Source of the DNA: Nageia nagi
Taxonomy: Eukaryota; Plantae; Pinophyta
DNA: 64,000 bases
Direction of reading: 5' to 3'
Assembly (NCBI GenBank): GCA_050084985.1
Contig: JBITNC010000001.1
Span: 3,968,001-4,032,000, forward strand
Positions 13,362-25,981 of this stretch are shown in pieces (within the stretch, counting starts at the first letter, position 1; every line of letters begins with the position of its first letter). The position numbers and the translations under genes are program-made. The notes below the pieces were generated by a model. That model worked only from the letters and a program-made list of their open reading frames with translations. It searched no databases and was not told the origin of the DNA.

Positions 13362-13469
13362 GTATTTTGCTGCTTGATTATCTCTTCATAATTTTAAATA
13401 TTAACTTTACAGTTCTGCATTTGGTATCCTATTATATGTTTTGCTTTTGGTTTAGTTCCACGTAAACAA

Positions 13470-14079
13470 GTTGAGATTACAGATGCCTTAATTGCTTGAT
13501 TTTTATTTTGATGAAAAAAGATATTCTATTAAAATAGACACAATGGCCACAAGCCACTAGGTACAAGTTAAAATGTTCTGAGCCCATACATATTTTTTAG
13601 TAGTAATATGATGTGTGACAAGAAAGTGCCTTTAATCTATATATTTTTAAAAAAAGCCACACCCCAGTTTTGCATTTGCTATCCTGTTTTAAGTTTTGTT
13701 CTAATTTATTAACACATAAATAGATTGAAATTGGAGATGCCTTAGTACTTGAGTTTATTGTGATTAGAAAAGATATGATTGTAAATACAGAGAATGGTCA
13801 CAAGCCACTGTGTAGCACAAGTTAAAATGTTATATTTCTTAGTAGTAAATTTAACGTCTGTCAATGAAGTGCACATTATTTATATATATTTTTAAAATTA
13901 TGTATAGATTGAGATTGGAGATGCCTTAGTACTTGAGTTTATTGTGATTAGAAAAGATATGATATTAAATACACAGAATGGTCACAAGCCACCGTGTGGT
14001 ACAAGTTAAAATGTTATATTTCTTACTAGTAAATTTAAGGTCTGTCAAGGAAGTGCACATAATCTATCTGTTTTTAAAA
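13470..14079. repeat. Three direct copies of a ~180-bp intronic unit
   Basis: AGATGCCTTA...CACAAGCCAC...ACAAGTTAAAATGTT at about 13470 (diverged), 13721 and 13905. Confidence 0.85.
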
Positions 14080-14439
14080 TAATGTCATAGACCAATAAAC
14101 CAAATTTAAGTGGGGATTATGAGTTATCCTGAAGTAATGCTGGAAAAATATCTTTCACAGGATCAGTCATAGCCCTGTTAAGAATCCACTAGTAAAAGAA
14201 GCAAAATTGTAGAGATCCACAATTATAACATAATAACCGTAATCCAGTAGAAGTAACAATATAATCAAGCTAAATAACAACACCATGCAATTGCCAAATC
14301 CAAAATATTGGATACAAAAGTTTGCAAATAGAATAACAATATAAAGATCCAGCCTTGCCACTTCAAGGGGCTGCCAAGTATTCATGATAAGCAACCAAAA
14401 TATGATTGCACATTTTCCGATGATTATGAGCCTAGCCCA

Positions 14440-17400
14440 TGTTGGAAATATGGCCAAATATTCAAACGAAAATTGGGGTTGTAAGATGACATTTTCAGCC
14501 TTGGATAACGTCTCCTTTAAAGGAGATGTAACAAAATCGTAGAGATAAATTTGAGCAATCTGGAAAAAAAATGGGCTCAAATGGACACTTGAGTCAAAAA
14601 TTATGGCCGAAATACAAAGACATCTTTCCCAAGCTATTTTTAGCACTTATTTTCTTCTTAGTTCAGTAGATGAAATAACCACCATTGATGTAGATCCAAC
14701 GGATGAGATGAGCTAGGGTTAGTGCTTGCTTTGTTTAGGTTGGTGTTGTGTAATTAAGCCAGTTTCTAGTTTTTCTTAGAATCTCTTTGTAGTTTTGTTG
14801 TGTTTGAGCTCTACAGAGCCTGATTGAATAATATACTGAAACTCTATCAAATTTTTGCCAAAATCCAAAATATAAGAAAGGCAAAGGCTAAGGCCAATTT
14901 GATTTGCTCTATATTATTGTAATTGTGTACTTTTAATTCTTCATTTGGTATCAGAGCAAGGGCGATCAAGAGTTGGGTTTGAGCAATTGTGGGGTTTATC
15001 GGTGGCAAGTTTTATCAAAGTTTTCCCAGAGATCACAGTTCCGGTTGTAGAAGGGTATAATGGCCAACAAAAACAATTTCATTTTGAACCTTGAATTCGA
15101 TGGATCCAACTACGAGTATTGGAGAACCAGAATGAGAACAATTCTGAAAGGCAGAGGTTTCTGGAAGATTGTAGAAGATGGATAGACTGAACCATAGGAT
15201 TGGAATGCATTGTCTATGGATTAGAAGAAGGATATGGAAGATAAAGACATGAAGAACAACTTGGCATTGGCCTTGATCCAGTCAGCTCTATTCGAGAGTC
15301 TCTTTCGCCGAATTTCGGCATGTGCCTCGCCTGAAGAAACCTGAAAGGTACTGAAAGAAAACTACTAGGTGGGTGCACAAGTTAGGGAGGTGAAGTTGTA
15401 GACCTTGCGACGAGATTTCTAGAACTTGAAGCAAGAGGAGAATGAAATGGTAGGAGATTACTGTGTTCGTTTGAAATTTGTGGTTAACAAAATGGCCACA
15501 TTAGGAGAAAATATTGAGCAAGAGGTGATTATCAAGAAGGTTCTACAGTTTGTAATGTTTCGAAACTTCTTGTAGATGCTATAGAGCCTTCAAAATTTGA
15601 AAACGCCTGTACTAATAAAGTTTGGTTGAAGGCAATGCAAGAAGAGATGGATCACATTGAGAAGAATAGTACTTGGGAGTTGGTGGATTTGCCCAAGGTA
15701 AAGAAGGTTTTAGGTTGTAAATGGATCTACAAAATAAAGGACAGTGATGGATTAGTCGAGAGGTATAAGGCATGATTGGTTGCGAAAGGCTTCACTCAAA
15801 AATATGGGTTGGACTATGAGGAGAACTTTGCTTCAATGGCAAGGCAGGAGATAGTTCAGATGTTGCTATCATTGGCAACACACAAGCAGTGGAAAGTCCA
15901 TCATATGGACGTTAAAAGTGCCTTCTTGAATGGCTATTTGGATGAGGAGGTTTATGTGGAATAGCCACATGGATTTATTGTCCCAAGAAAAGAAGATAGT
16001 CGATATGTTGAGGAAAGCTCTATATGGGCTAAAGCAGGTACAATGTGATTTTGAGCGGAGCAAAAGCAAACCTACTTTGTATTAGAAGAGGCAAGGTAAC
16101 AATATTTTGACTGTCTTTATGTTGATGATATGCCATGTATGGAAAGTAGTTCGGATTTGATTGATGCATTTATGGAGGATATGAAGAAAGAATTTGATAT
16201 GAGTGACTTAGGCTTGATGAGTTATTTCCTAGGAATGGAGGTACATCAGTTTAGCAGTGAAATCTTTGTGTGTGAATTGAAGTATGTTAGAGATATGTTG
16301 AAAAGGTTAGGGTTTCAAATGAGAGCAAACTTGTATAAACTCCAATAGCATCTGGAGAAGTGTTGAGTCTACATGATGGAGCAAAGAAAACAAACAAAGC
16401 GTAGTACATGAGTATAGTGGGTAGCTTGATGTTTTTGTGTAACACTAGGCCATATATTTATTTTGCTGTTTCTTAGTGTTCCAGGTACATGGCAGATCCA
16501 TCACAATTGCACCTGAAAGTGGTAGAGGATACAAAGATATGTAAGAGGCACCATTGATTATGGAATCCACTACAACCAGGAAAAGCAGTTGAAGCTAGTG
16601 GGTTTCAGTGATAGCGATCGGAGAAGTAACATAAATGACAGAAAGTCCACAAGTGGACAATGCTTTTCCTTAGGATTAGGATTGATTACATGGAGTTCCA
16701 AGAAGTAAGCCACATTTGCGTTGTCTTCTACGGAAGCTGAATATGTTACATTGACATCAGTAAGTGCATAGGCTTTGTGGCTCAAGAAAGTGCTAGCAGA
16801 GATTGGAGAGAAGCAAGGGACTTGTACTGCTTCATTTTGTGACAACCAGTGTGCCATCAAGTTGGCACATAATCCTATCCACCATTCCAGGTCCAAGCAT
16901 TTTGGTATCAAGTATCACTTCATTTAGTACTGGTGGAGAAGGAACATGTGAAACTGAGTTATTGCTCCACACAAGATCAAATAGAGGACATCTTCACAAA
17001 GGAAGTAGTGAGGACTCAGTATTTCTTGCTAAAAGATCTGATTGTGAGTCCCCTTGCCAGCAAGGGGGAGAATGTTGGAAATATGGCCAAATATTAAAAT
17101 GAAAATTGGGGTCATTAGATGGCGCTTTCAGCCTTGGATAATGTCTCCTTTAAAAGAGATGTACCAAAATCATAGAGATTAAAAATCTACGCAATCTAGA
17201 AAAAAATGGGCTCAAATTGACACTCGAGTCAAAAGTTATGGCTAGAATACGAAGACATCTTTCCCAGGCTATTTTTAGTAGTTATTTTCTTCTTAGTTTA
17301 GTAGATGAAATAACCACCGTTGATGTAGATCCAATGGATGAGATGAGCTAGGGCTAGGGCTTGCTTTGTTTAGTTTGGTGTTGTGTACTTAAGCCAATTT

Positions 17401-17560
17401 CTAGGGTTTTTCTCAGAATCTCTTTGTAGTTTTGTTGTGTGTGAGGCTTACAAACTTTGCTGAATTTTTGCCAGAATCCAGAATATAAGAAAGGCCAAGG
17501 CTAAGGCCAATTTTATTTGCTCCATATTATTTTAAATGTGTATGTTCTCTTCATTCTTTA
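14440..17560 (+). mobile_element. Ty1/copia element, internally deleted (protease and integrase missing)
   Basis: LTRs 14440-14943 and 17073-17560; TSD GCCCA at 14435-14439 and 17561-17565; PBS TGGTATCAGAGC at 14946-14957; PPT AAGGGGGAGAA at 17062-17072. Confidence 0.95.
15060..17040 (+). pseudogene. Copia gag fragment joined to decayed RT/RNaseH
   Basis: Gag FDGSNYEYWRTRM; jump near 15560 to AMQEEM..KNSTWELV; HHMDVKSAFLNG, YVDD, ALSSTEAEYV and CDNQCAI motifs; many stops and frameshifts. Confidence 0.92.
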
Positions 17561-17872
17561 GCCCATACTCCTATTTATAGGAGAGCCTATCACATCATCC
17601 ACAAGATTAGTAATGAAATTGCTATGAATCCCTCTTGTGAAATAAGAAAAATTGCAGTCAAGAAATACAATTACAATGCAATAACAAAACTTCAATGACA
17701 TTAAGAACAATATAAGAAGAACACCATGCTCAATCACCAAATCTAGAATATTGGAAATTTGAATGTAACATTGCCTTTTTCTAAAAAATGAATAATTTTG
17801 GAATCCTAAGGGTTCCCTTTTTATCAATATTTTATTTATGTATCTATTTGTTGCTAGTTACTTGGGATAGAA

Positions 17873-19330
17873 TATAATGGTCCTACGGACCCACATTATG
17901 AGCCGCAAAGTGGGACATCTTCCTCCCAAGCTTAGGATGAATTATTTATTGTATTTGGGGATAGAGTTTGCCACAGCTCTTGGAGAGCTGGTTAGACTTG
18001 TTCATTGGATAGAGCATCTCATGGGAAACGCTTTGACATGTTACATGACATGGTTTCATCAAGAAACGAAAGAGTTATGGCCTTGAAGTTTGTCAGTTGG
18101 ACCAGTCTTCCATATCGTGACTGCCCATGGAAATCCAGAAACATCTCCATATTGATCCCTTGAAATGTGACGTCCCACTCCTTGTGATATGAGTTAGTTA
18201 TGGATTGTATTTAGGTGTGAGCTTGGTAATTAAGAGTAGATTTAGTGTGTTTTATCATAGTAATAGTGGGGGCCGCTTGTATGAGTTGTAATACATGATT
18301 CCAAGGCAATTAATAATTTTAAATGCAATATTAATCTCCAATAATGAGGCGTTGCATATCTAGCCATTGGATCTTGTAATGTGGACCATTAAATATGATT
18401 ATTGGCATCCCTAGGCAACGTTGCCATATGCATGATATCTTGGACACACACATCTAACCCCACGTTTGGGCATTTGAGGGCCTTTAGGAGGCTAACTTTG
18501 GACTTGGAGGTTGGAGTGATGACTTCTAGGTGAGATCCAGATCCAGGGAATGTTATATAAGACAATAGAGCCTCATTACAGAGATAGACTTGATTTTATA
18601 CAGAAACCCTTATCTTTGGAGTTCCAAAGACTTGATGGTGTCAAGCACCCTTGAGCGCAATGCACAAGGAGAGTTTAGGAGGCATAGAACACCTTTTGCC
18701 CTATGGTTGAGGTGATTGTTCGTGCGAGTGAGGCTGCCCTACCTTGAGGCGTCCACAAGCGGTCGACACCTTTGAATCCATCCAGTGGCATTCCGGAATC
18801 ACATCTATTCTCTTCACTGGTAGCTAGCCTTTGAGCAAGCCCTTCAATGAGGCATCCATAGAACTGGTAGGAGGTGATTGTTCTACATCAGTTTCAGAGT
18901 CTATCTCAGCTCATTATATGCCCTAGTTGGCTCCTTGGAGGCCAACATTGAGCCCTTTGGGCCTGTTTGGTATTGTACTCTTCACTTGTCAATAATTGAA
19001 TTCGTGGCATACTTGGATCTCATTTCTTGTCTCCATATTTGATGTTCATGCTTCCATATTTGTAACGTTGAGCTATATTTGTAGGTATGTGCTTGTATGG
19101 TGTATCGTAGGCATTCTTGGAGGTGTTTTGCATAGTATATGAACCCCCAAGTGTGACATTGGGGTATAAGGGTCGAATCTAGCTAGAGAGGTGCATCATT
19201 TGGCTTCCTGGCTAGTTATTTTGCATGTTTGATGCCCTAATGTAGTTGTGGCATGCATAGGAGCATTGTATGATTTTGTTTTGGCATTTTTTGGCTAATT
19301 TGTGTGTTGAGAATATTTCGGAATATTACA
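17873..19330 (+). repeat. 5' LTR of a gypsy element
   Basis: Ends GAATATTACA, followed by PBS TGGTATCAAAGC (19332-19343); start inferred at TATAAT (decayed TGTAAT). Confidence 0.75.
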
Positions 19331-22300
19331 GTGGTATCAAAGCTTAGATCTATCCAGTCTATGTGGTTAGATCTAGTTAGAAACAAATTGAACCAATGGA
19401 TTAGGAGGTTTTGCATTTGAAAGCCATTTTCGGGGTCAAAACGACATTTTTTCAGAGAAATCTGAATTCCTAGACTAAGTCATCTAGCATTTGGAGAATA
19501 TATCTGCAGATTTAAAGGCCATTTTCAGGTATAAAAAGTCTTGATCTATTATCCTATCTAGTTTGAAAAATTTAATATGAAGATTTCAAATCTTGTGCTA
19601 GGGTTTTTTGAAAGTCTAGCAAGATCTGCATTGTGCATGAAGAAATGAGAGTTAGCTCCAATAAAAAAAGAAAATTCAGCCAAATCTATAGTCAAGGTAA
19701 ATAAATCAGAATTGGGAAAAATTTTAGTGAGGAATTTGGTCACCAAGCTAGCCGAAAAAGGTGTTTCTCATGATGCAAAAAACAAACTACTATGGCATCT
19801 CAGTATATGGTATGAAGAAGAGAAATGGAAGAAGAAAGGACTCATGGGGAGTAAAGAGGAATCTCAAATTCCACTCCCACTGCCATGGCCACATGAAACA
19901 CCATTAAGGATAAAGCTTCTACCCCAAATCTATCAAGGAACTTCCAGCAAATTCAAGGAACAAATAAGTTTTCAGTTTTATTTGGCTCTCTTGGGTCAAG
20001 GGACATATGAGATTGCCAAGGAGTTTGGGGAGACTTGCGAAGGAAAGGAGGAGGCTAGGTCTACTCCTATGGCCAAGATGGAGGCATCACCAATTGCTTG
20101 GGAAGAGAATACCCTCTCTTTGCAGCATCATTTGTATCATTGTGAGACTTGGGTCTGCGATAATGACACTCTAAAAAGGTATGAAAGTAATTCAGAAATT
20201 TGGCATGTTGTTAAAAGTAATAATAATGGGAAAAAAGAGGAAAGAGCCATTGTTGTTTCAGATTTGGTTTTTGGAGAGTGTTATGAGGAATAATGAGAAA
20301 AGTGAAGATTTTGAGCCTAGCATGGAAGAAGATAAGGATTGAACCAACAATTGAATACTCATTACATAGTAAGGTATGCAAAAATGATGTGATGATGATG
20401 ACCAATTTAGATCTTAGAAAATAAAAAATCGTTGGCCAAGGAATTGCACCATTACATGAGGTATGTCTAGTAGAGCTTCAAAATGGTTCCTTTGAAGTGC
20501 ACTCACTTACATATGTTGGGAAAGAGCATGTGAATATTGGAATTTGAGATTAGCTTTCGAAAACATCCACACTAGTTTCATGTCTTTGATTTTGAAGTGT
20601 ATTGTGTGGGAAAAATCAATTCTTCATGTTGTTCACAATACTCTTCTAGTTCCTTGGGATCCAAGTTTCTTGGTACTAAAGCATAGTGAAGGCATGAAGG
20701 CTATTGAGGGCTTCTCCCCCATGGTTTAGCTCTTGAAGAAGAGTTTGCATGCAAAAAGGGTCTTACACCAATTGTGAAGAGGGACATTGAATTAGAGAAG
20801 ATTCCTATTGCCATGAAATGGAACATTTTGTTCCTAGCCATCACATGGAAATGGAGAAAGAAAAGAAAGAAAATATATTAATGTCCACGAGTGACCAAAA
20901 ATAGTCAATGGGACTGGAAGGTACAAGTGTGCAAAGTAGCATGCGGGGACCTAATGACCCAAAATACAAGCAAACAAAGTAACTTGTTGAAAACAATACA
21001 GGGGCTAAGCCCTACCAAGGAAATTCAAAAATTAACAAAATACCTAGTGAAAACATGCTCATTCTTGTTGGAGATTAATCAACCCGACTGGTCTCCCCCT
21101 ACGATGTGGCCGAGGAGACTATCTCGACGTTGCTATAGCTGAAGAAGGAGGTGATATGTTGCGATCTTAGGGAAATAGGGTCCGTAGACACTCGTTGTCT
21201 GGTACGTCATGCTGGTGGAAGATAGTCCTCTCTCCTGCTCCTGTGAACCTCCTCTTCTGAGGAAGCTCGAAAAAAGGAGGTAATCAGATGGTCCCTAGTC
21301 GTGCTACGGGTGTCGGATAATAAGCGTTTCTTGTGAAGGAAAGTCTCTCTGAGATAAAGTGCCACACAATGTTGGTCTGAGAATTGAAATAATGCCAAAA
21401 TTGAGTTGTAGGAGTTTCGAAAAAGGCAATGATATCGCCCTTGAATCTCATAGTATATCGAACACTTTAAGATGAAATGATCCTCAGTCTCTAGCTCGAG
21501 TGAGCAAAGTTGACAGACTCTGAGCTCATGAGCTAAATGGTGATCAATCTCGATCCGTAACTAAAGGGAACACACTCTGAACTATCCAAGGAACAATCGC
21601 AAGCCAAGAGGGAGATGTAAACTTATGTACCTTGGGGGGTTAACGATCCATCATCAAGCTGCAAGAAGTGTTGGGAGTAATGTAACAACTTGGGCGTGAG
21701 GGGGAGCTGGGTCCTCACCCAAATGCGCAAAATATATGTCTTATAAGTTACATTTCTGATCAAAGCCAAAGTATCCTCTATATCTCTATGAGCATCATTT
21801 TGAGGTATAGGTAACTGTTCAGGTGAAAACCCGAAGCGCTGTAATATCTTAGAGACCTTGGTGAACCAACACAAACGACATCCTTGCGCTGCTAGGTCCA
21901 TGGATGAAGCCAAGGCTCTATATGGGAGTTTATCACCTCTACCTGTAGAGGCAAAGCTACGGAGACGCCGAAGAAAAAGGGTCAACATCGCTAGGGACCA
22001 AATTTGTAGAGGTTGACTACCAAATTCCGTGAACATAATGTGATGTGGGATGGATCTCTTGCTCCAAATGGAGCGGGACAAAGTGCCGACCATAATCCTC
22101 TCCACTGTGATCCAATCAGAACTCCTCGAGCTGGGACCCCAAGCCTCGGAGCCATACAATAGTGTGGGGCTGGCAAGAGCATGGAATAATTGGAGCTTGG
22201 TCAGGACATCTTGGAAATGGAGCTCGATACATTGTCGCTCAAGGGAGGAAACCGCCGCATATCCATGACGAACTCTAGGTTGGATCACCGCTCTCATGGA

Positions 22301-25300
22301 GAAATGGGGGCTTGTGAAAAGTACTCCCAGATAAGTGTAAGAGGTGGCAATTTCAATAACCTTGCCTTGGTATGTGATTTGGGTTTGCTCAGCCATGGCC
22401 TTCGGAATGTTGAAGACCACAACATTGGTTTTGTTGACATTAACCACTAAATCCTGCCTGGAGATGAACAAATCCAGAGTGTCCATCAAGTGCTGAAGGC
22501 CTTCTGCTGTGTGTGAGAGTAAGACAATGTCGTCGGCAAAGAGGATGATGGGGAGTCAACTACTATGGAGAAGGCACCCAGCTTCGAGGCTTGCAGACTC
22601 CAATATAAGTTTCTCCAGTTTGTCATTATAGAGACCGAAAAGGGTTGGGGAGAGCAAGCAACCTTGTTTCACACCTATGGTGTTGCGTATGCTGTCGGAA
22701 AGGCCCTCAGCGGTACATACTTGACCCAAAACGGTCTCATAGAGAGTTGAAATGGCAGTAATGCCTTGCTCGGGGATCCCCAATCATCTAAGTTTGTCCA
22801 TGAGTCTGTGCTGTGGGACAATGTCAAAAGCCTTCCTGAAGTCTACAAAGCAATTGAAAACTGGAATCTTCCGAAACTTAGCCTCTTCGATGATCGCATG
22901 AAGGGCGAAGATGTGGTCTATGGTGCTATGATCTCTGCGGAAACCTGCCTGTTCTCTTGCCTTAAGAGCTCTAGTGTCCGCCCATTGGGATATGTAGCTC
23001 TCAAGAATGGTGTTATAAAGCTTGGCCATGGTGTGGCCAATCATGATGGTTTGGTAGTTGCTCGGATCACAAGGTTCATCGGACTTGAGAATGGGGTGAA
23101 TAATGTTCGAGGTCCAGAGGTGGGGAAGCTAGTGCAAATAATGGTGTTAAATAGATGGGAGAGGAAGTGGGGGAGGATGGAGCTTGCATGTTTAAGATAT
23201 TCGGCTTGGAGGTTTTCGATGTCAGGCGCTTTTTCAGAGTTAAGGTTGAGGATAGCTTTGTGGATGAGGTCGGGGGAAAAAAATCTGAGGAGGAGGGACG
23301 AGTGATGGTAGGAGATTGGATATGGCTGGGATTTGTGTAGAGGCGAGAGGCGTAAATGCTCCAGTCTTGGAGGGTGATTTGGCTAGTGGTGGGTTTCCTA
23401 GGTGAGAAAGAGCGCCAAAAGACTTGGGGTTACTGTTGAGGGTCAAAATGATCTCCTGTCGTCATTTGGCCAAGAAGTGTCGCTTCTTGGTCCTCAAGAG
23501 GCGATGGTATGATCGAAGCAGGGATTGGGTGTCATGGGAAGAGGCTGCAGAAGCGATGGTGGACTTGAGGTGGTGATGATGGGATTTACACTTCGCGTTG
23601 AACCATTGATTCATTGGGGAATGTCTAGGGTGCCGAGGTCGCGACAAGGGGAGAATGATGTGAGGGAAAGTCTGCATGGCTGAGGAGAGGTCTCTGAAAG
23701 AAAAAATGACTGATCGTTGATCGAGGGGAGAGAATGCATGTGGGGAAGTTTTAGCTTTAGAGCGAGGCTACACATGGGGGAAAGATCCTGGTCAAAGTGG
23801 ATGACAGTGTGAGGGATGCGAGGGGGGTGGAACGGAGGGAATGGGAGGTGGTGGTGGGAGCGGAATCCGAGAGAGACAGGGTCAGGTGGGCATGGTCAGC
23901 AAGGGGAGACAAGGGGCAACCCAAAAGGTCAGGCAATGGGAAACAAGTGAGGGGCCAACAAGTATGTAATCTGCAACACTAAACCCACGTGTGTGGGGGA
24001 AGCAAGTGTGGTGACCGGAGTGGGGTAACCGAGCAGTACCATTCAAAATGACAAGGTCGTGGGTCTCACAGAGCTCAAGAAGGAATCTCCTATAGCTAGA
24101 AGTAGTCATGGTATCGGTAGAGGCCCGTTGAAACTCATCATTGCACTCCAAAGCACGAATATGAAGAGGGTCCACCCGCTCATCAAAGTGCTGAGTCTGA
24201 AGACTCTCCGTTCTGCCATTAAATCCCCCTGCCAACATGATGTCCTCTTGTGTTGTAAATCTAGAAATTTCTGGGAAGAGGTCTAGGAACAGAGACTCAC
24301 CATCTCCTTGTAATGAATAGCGTGACATCATTGGAGGGAAATTGATAAGGCGTAACGCATTTTCTATCTTAGCTTACATTGTTTGTCTAGGTATCCCATC
24401 ATGGAGGAAATTGATTCATCACTCTTCACATCATTAGAAGGATTGCTCATATTTATTCGTAGTGTTTGTTGTGGCAACTTCAGTGCAAAAATGTAGCATG
24501 TGGGAGAATGTGGTTGACATCCAAAGAGCATTGAAGAAGTGGACCACCAACTCCCCATTGATTCTTGTCCCTAAAAACCCCAACGTTGGTTTGGGAGATG
24601 ACTGGTTTGATCAAGATTTCATGCATTTGGTTCAGCTGTACATCTGCTGCCCCAATGTCCCTATTTGGAATTTGACACTCGCTGATTTTTGTGAGAACTT
24701 TTCCAATTTCGACTTTCCAGTTAATGGTGTTTTGAAGAACAGCAGGATTGCTGTTATTTTCTGCTTAATATGGACTTAGTTAAAAATGGAGACTGCTGTT
24801 ATTGGTAACATTTCAGACCTGTTGTTTGACCCTGAGCACATGAGAACAGCTACAGTTCCTCACAGATTGATGATTGTGTATATTCCAAACCTTAATAAGC
24901 ATGTCTGGATATTTGATTTGCCTAATTTTGAGTATGATAATTCAATTTTGAGGGCTGTTGTATGTGATGAAAGTTGGACTGTGATGAAGAAGGTATGGGC
25001 TGCATTAATGGTTGATAACAATGAGTCCGCTTTTGTACTCTTTGCTCATGAATTTGAGACTAATATACACTCAGTAAAGGCTGAACTTATTGTTGTTGCA
25101 AGATGGACTGTCTCAGATAATATAAGGAATGCTCTTCATTTGATAAGGGTTGCCTATGATCAGAGAATACTTGTTGTCTTTACACACATTGTTGATGCAT
25201 TATTTGATGATAATTTGATGACTGCTGTCCCTGTCTTAATGGCTACAAACATTGATGACTGTTTGGTGATGATAAGAGGCTTTGTTTGGATTATTATTGG

Positions 25301-25707
25301 TATTTCAGGTACTGATTTATTGACTGCTATTAGTACACAATTAGAGGTTTTTTGGTTGGCACTCCTTGCACCATTTGAGTGTAATTGTGGAGATCCAATG
25401 TTGGCAACGTTTTTGCCAACTATCGACACATGTTTGTACATTGACTGGGAAGTCTTGAGGACTGATTTTGAGCCATTGCACACTGATTTTTATTTCAAAC
25501 CTGAGTATCATACACTTGCTAATGTTTGGAGGGATGTTGTGTACACTTTTGAGGCTGAGTTTGTTGGATGCATAGTTGATATGATTTCCCCACTTGAGCA
25601 TGATAGATCCTATTCTTTGAGATGGTTTTGGGACCTTGGATTGTATTGCAATTTCTTAAGGGCAAGCAATTTCGAGAGGGGAGGTTTTGTAACATCCCCT
25701 TTTTCTG
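19331..25707 (+). mobile_element. Internal region of non-autonomous gypsy element(s), split by a LINE, ending in a PPT and an LTR stub
   Basis: ORF 19712-20293 (KLLWHL..LPQIYQG) resembles the gag-start fragment at about 44730-44950 (KLIWYL..LLQIYHG); PPT GAGAGGGGAGG then TGTAACATCCCC at about 25689. Confidence 0.65.
20857..24341 (-). mobile_element. 5'-truncated non-LTR retrotransposon (partial APE, RT, C-terminal Cys/His motif), unlike plant L1
   Basis: EQAGFR, FVDFRKAFD, GVKQGCLLSP and LFADD RT motifs; GGFNGRT endonuclease remnant; CQLC..EDHF..C; (TTTC)n-like 3' tail. Boundaries approximate. Confidence 0.9.
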
Positions 25708-25724
25708 TGAAGACAATCTCTTGA
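24786..25724 (+). other. 312-codon orphan ORF in gypsy internal region, reading through the PPT
   Basis: Uninterrupted ORF in AT-rich DNA; same frame as 24462-24779 with one TAG between; no recognisable domain. Confidence 0.4.
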
Positions 25725-25941
25725 TGGCCTCCATCACTTCGTTCTTAAGCTGCTCCTTCATCAGTTCCCATCCTTCATGGAAGGAAGTCTGCTTCTGAAG
25801 GTGCAAAGGGGTGGTGCTAATTTTCTGTAACTCTTTTATAATCTTCCTGCTAGCTGTGAGTTCCTTCTTCAACCTTTTCATCTCCTTTTTGGCTTCATAG
25901 CCTTCCTGTTCCATAACTCGACCAAAAAAATAATTTATAAA

Positions 25942-25946
<5 letters not shown>

Positions 25947-25978
<32 letters not shown>
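25947..25978. repeat. (TA)16 microsatellite
   Basis: Direct reading. Confidence 0.95.

Positions 25979-25981
<3 letters not shown>

Noticed and set aside
12875-13465. ORFs 12875-13135 and 13142-13465 as whole proteins
   Set aside because: They read through introns; only the exon parts are kinase sequence.
17873-25707. One intact element with paired LTRs
   Set aside because: The stub after the PPT (TGTAACATCCCC) does not match the inferred 5' LTR start and no TSD can be tested.
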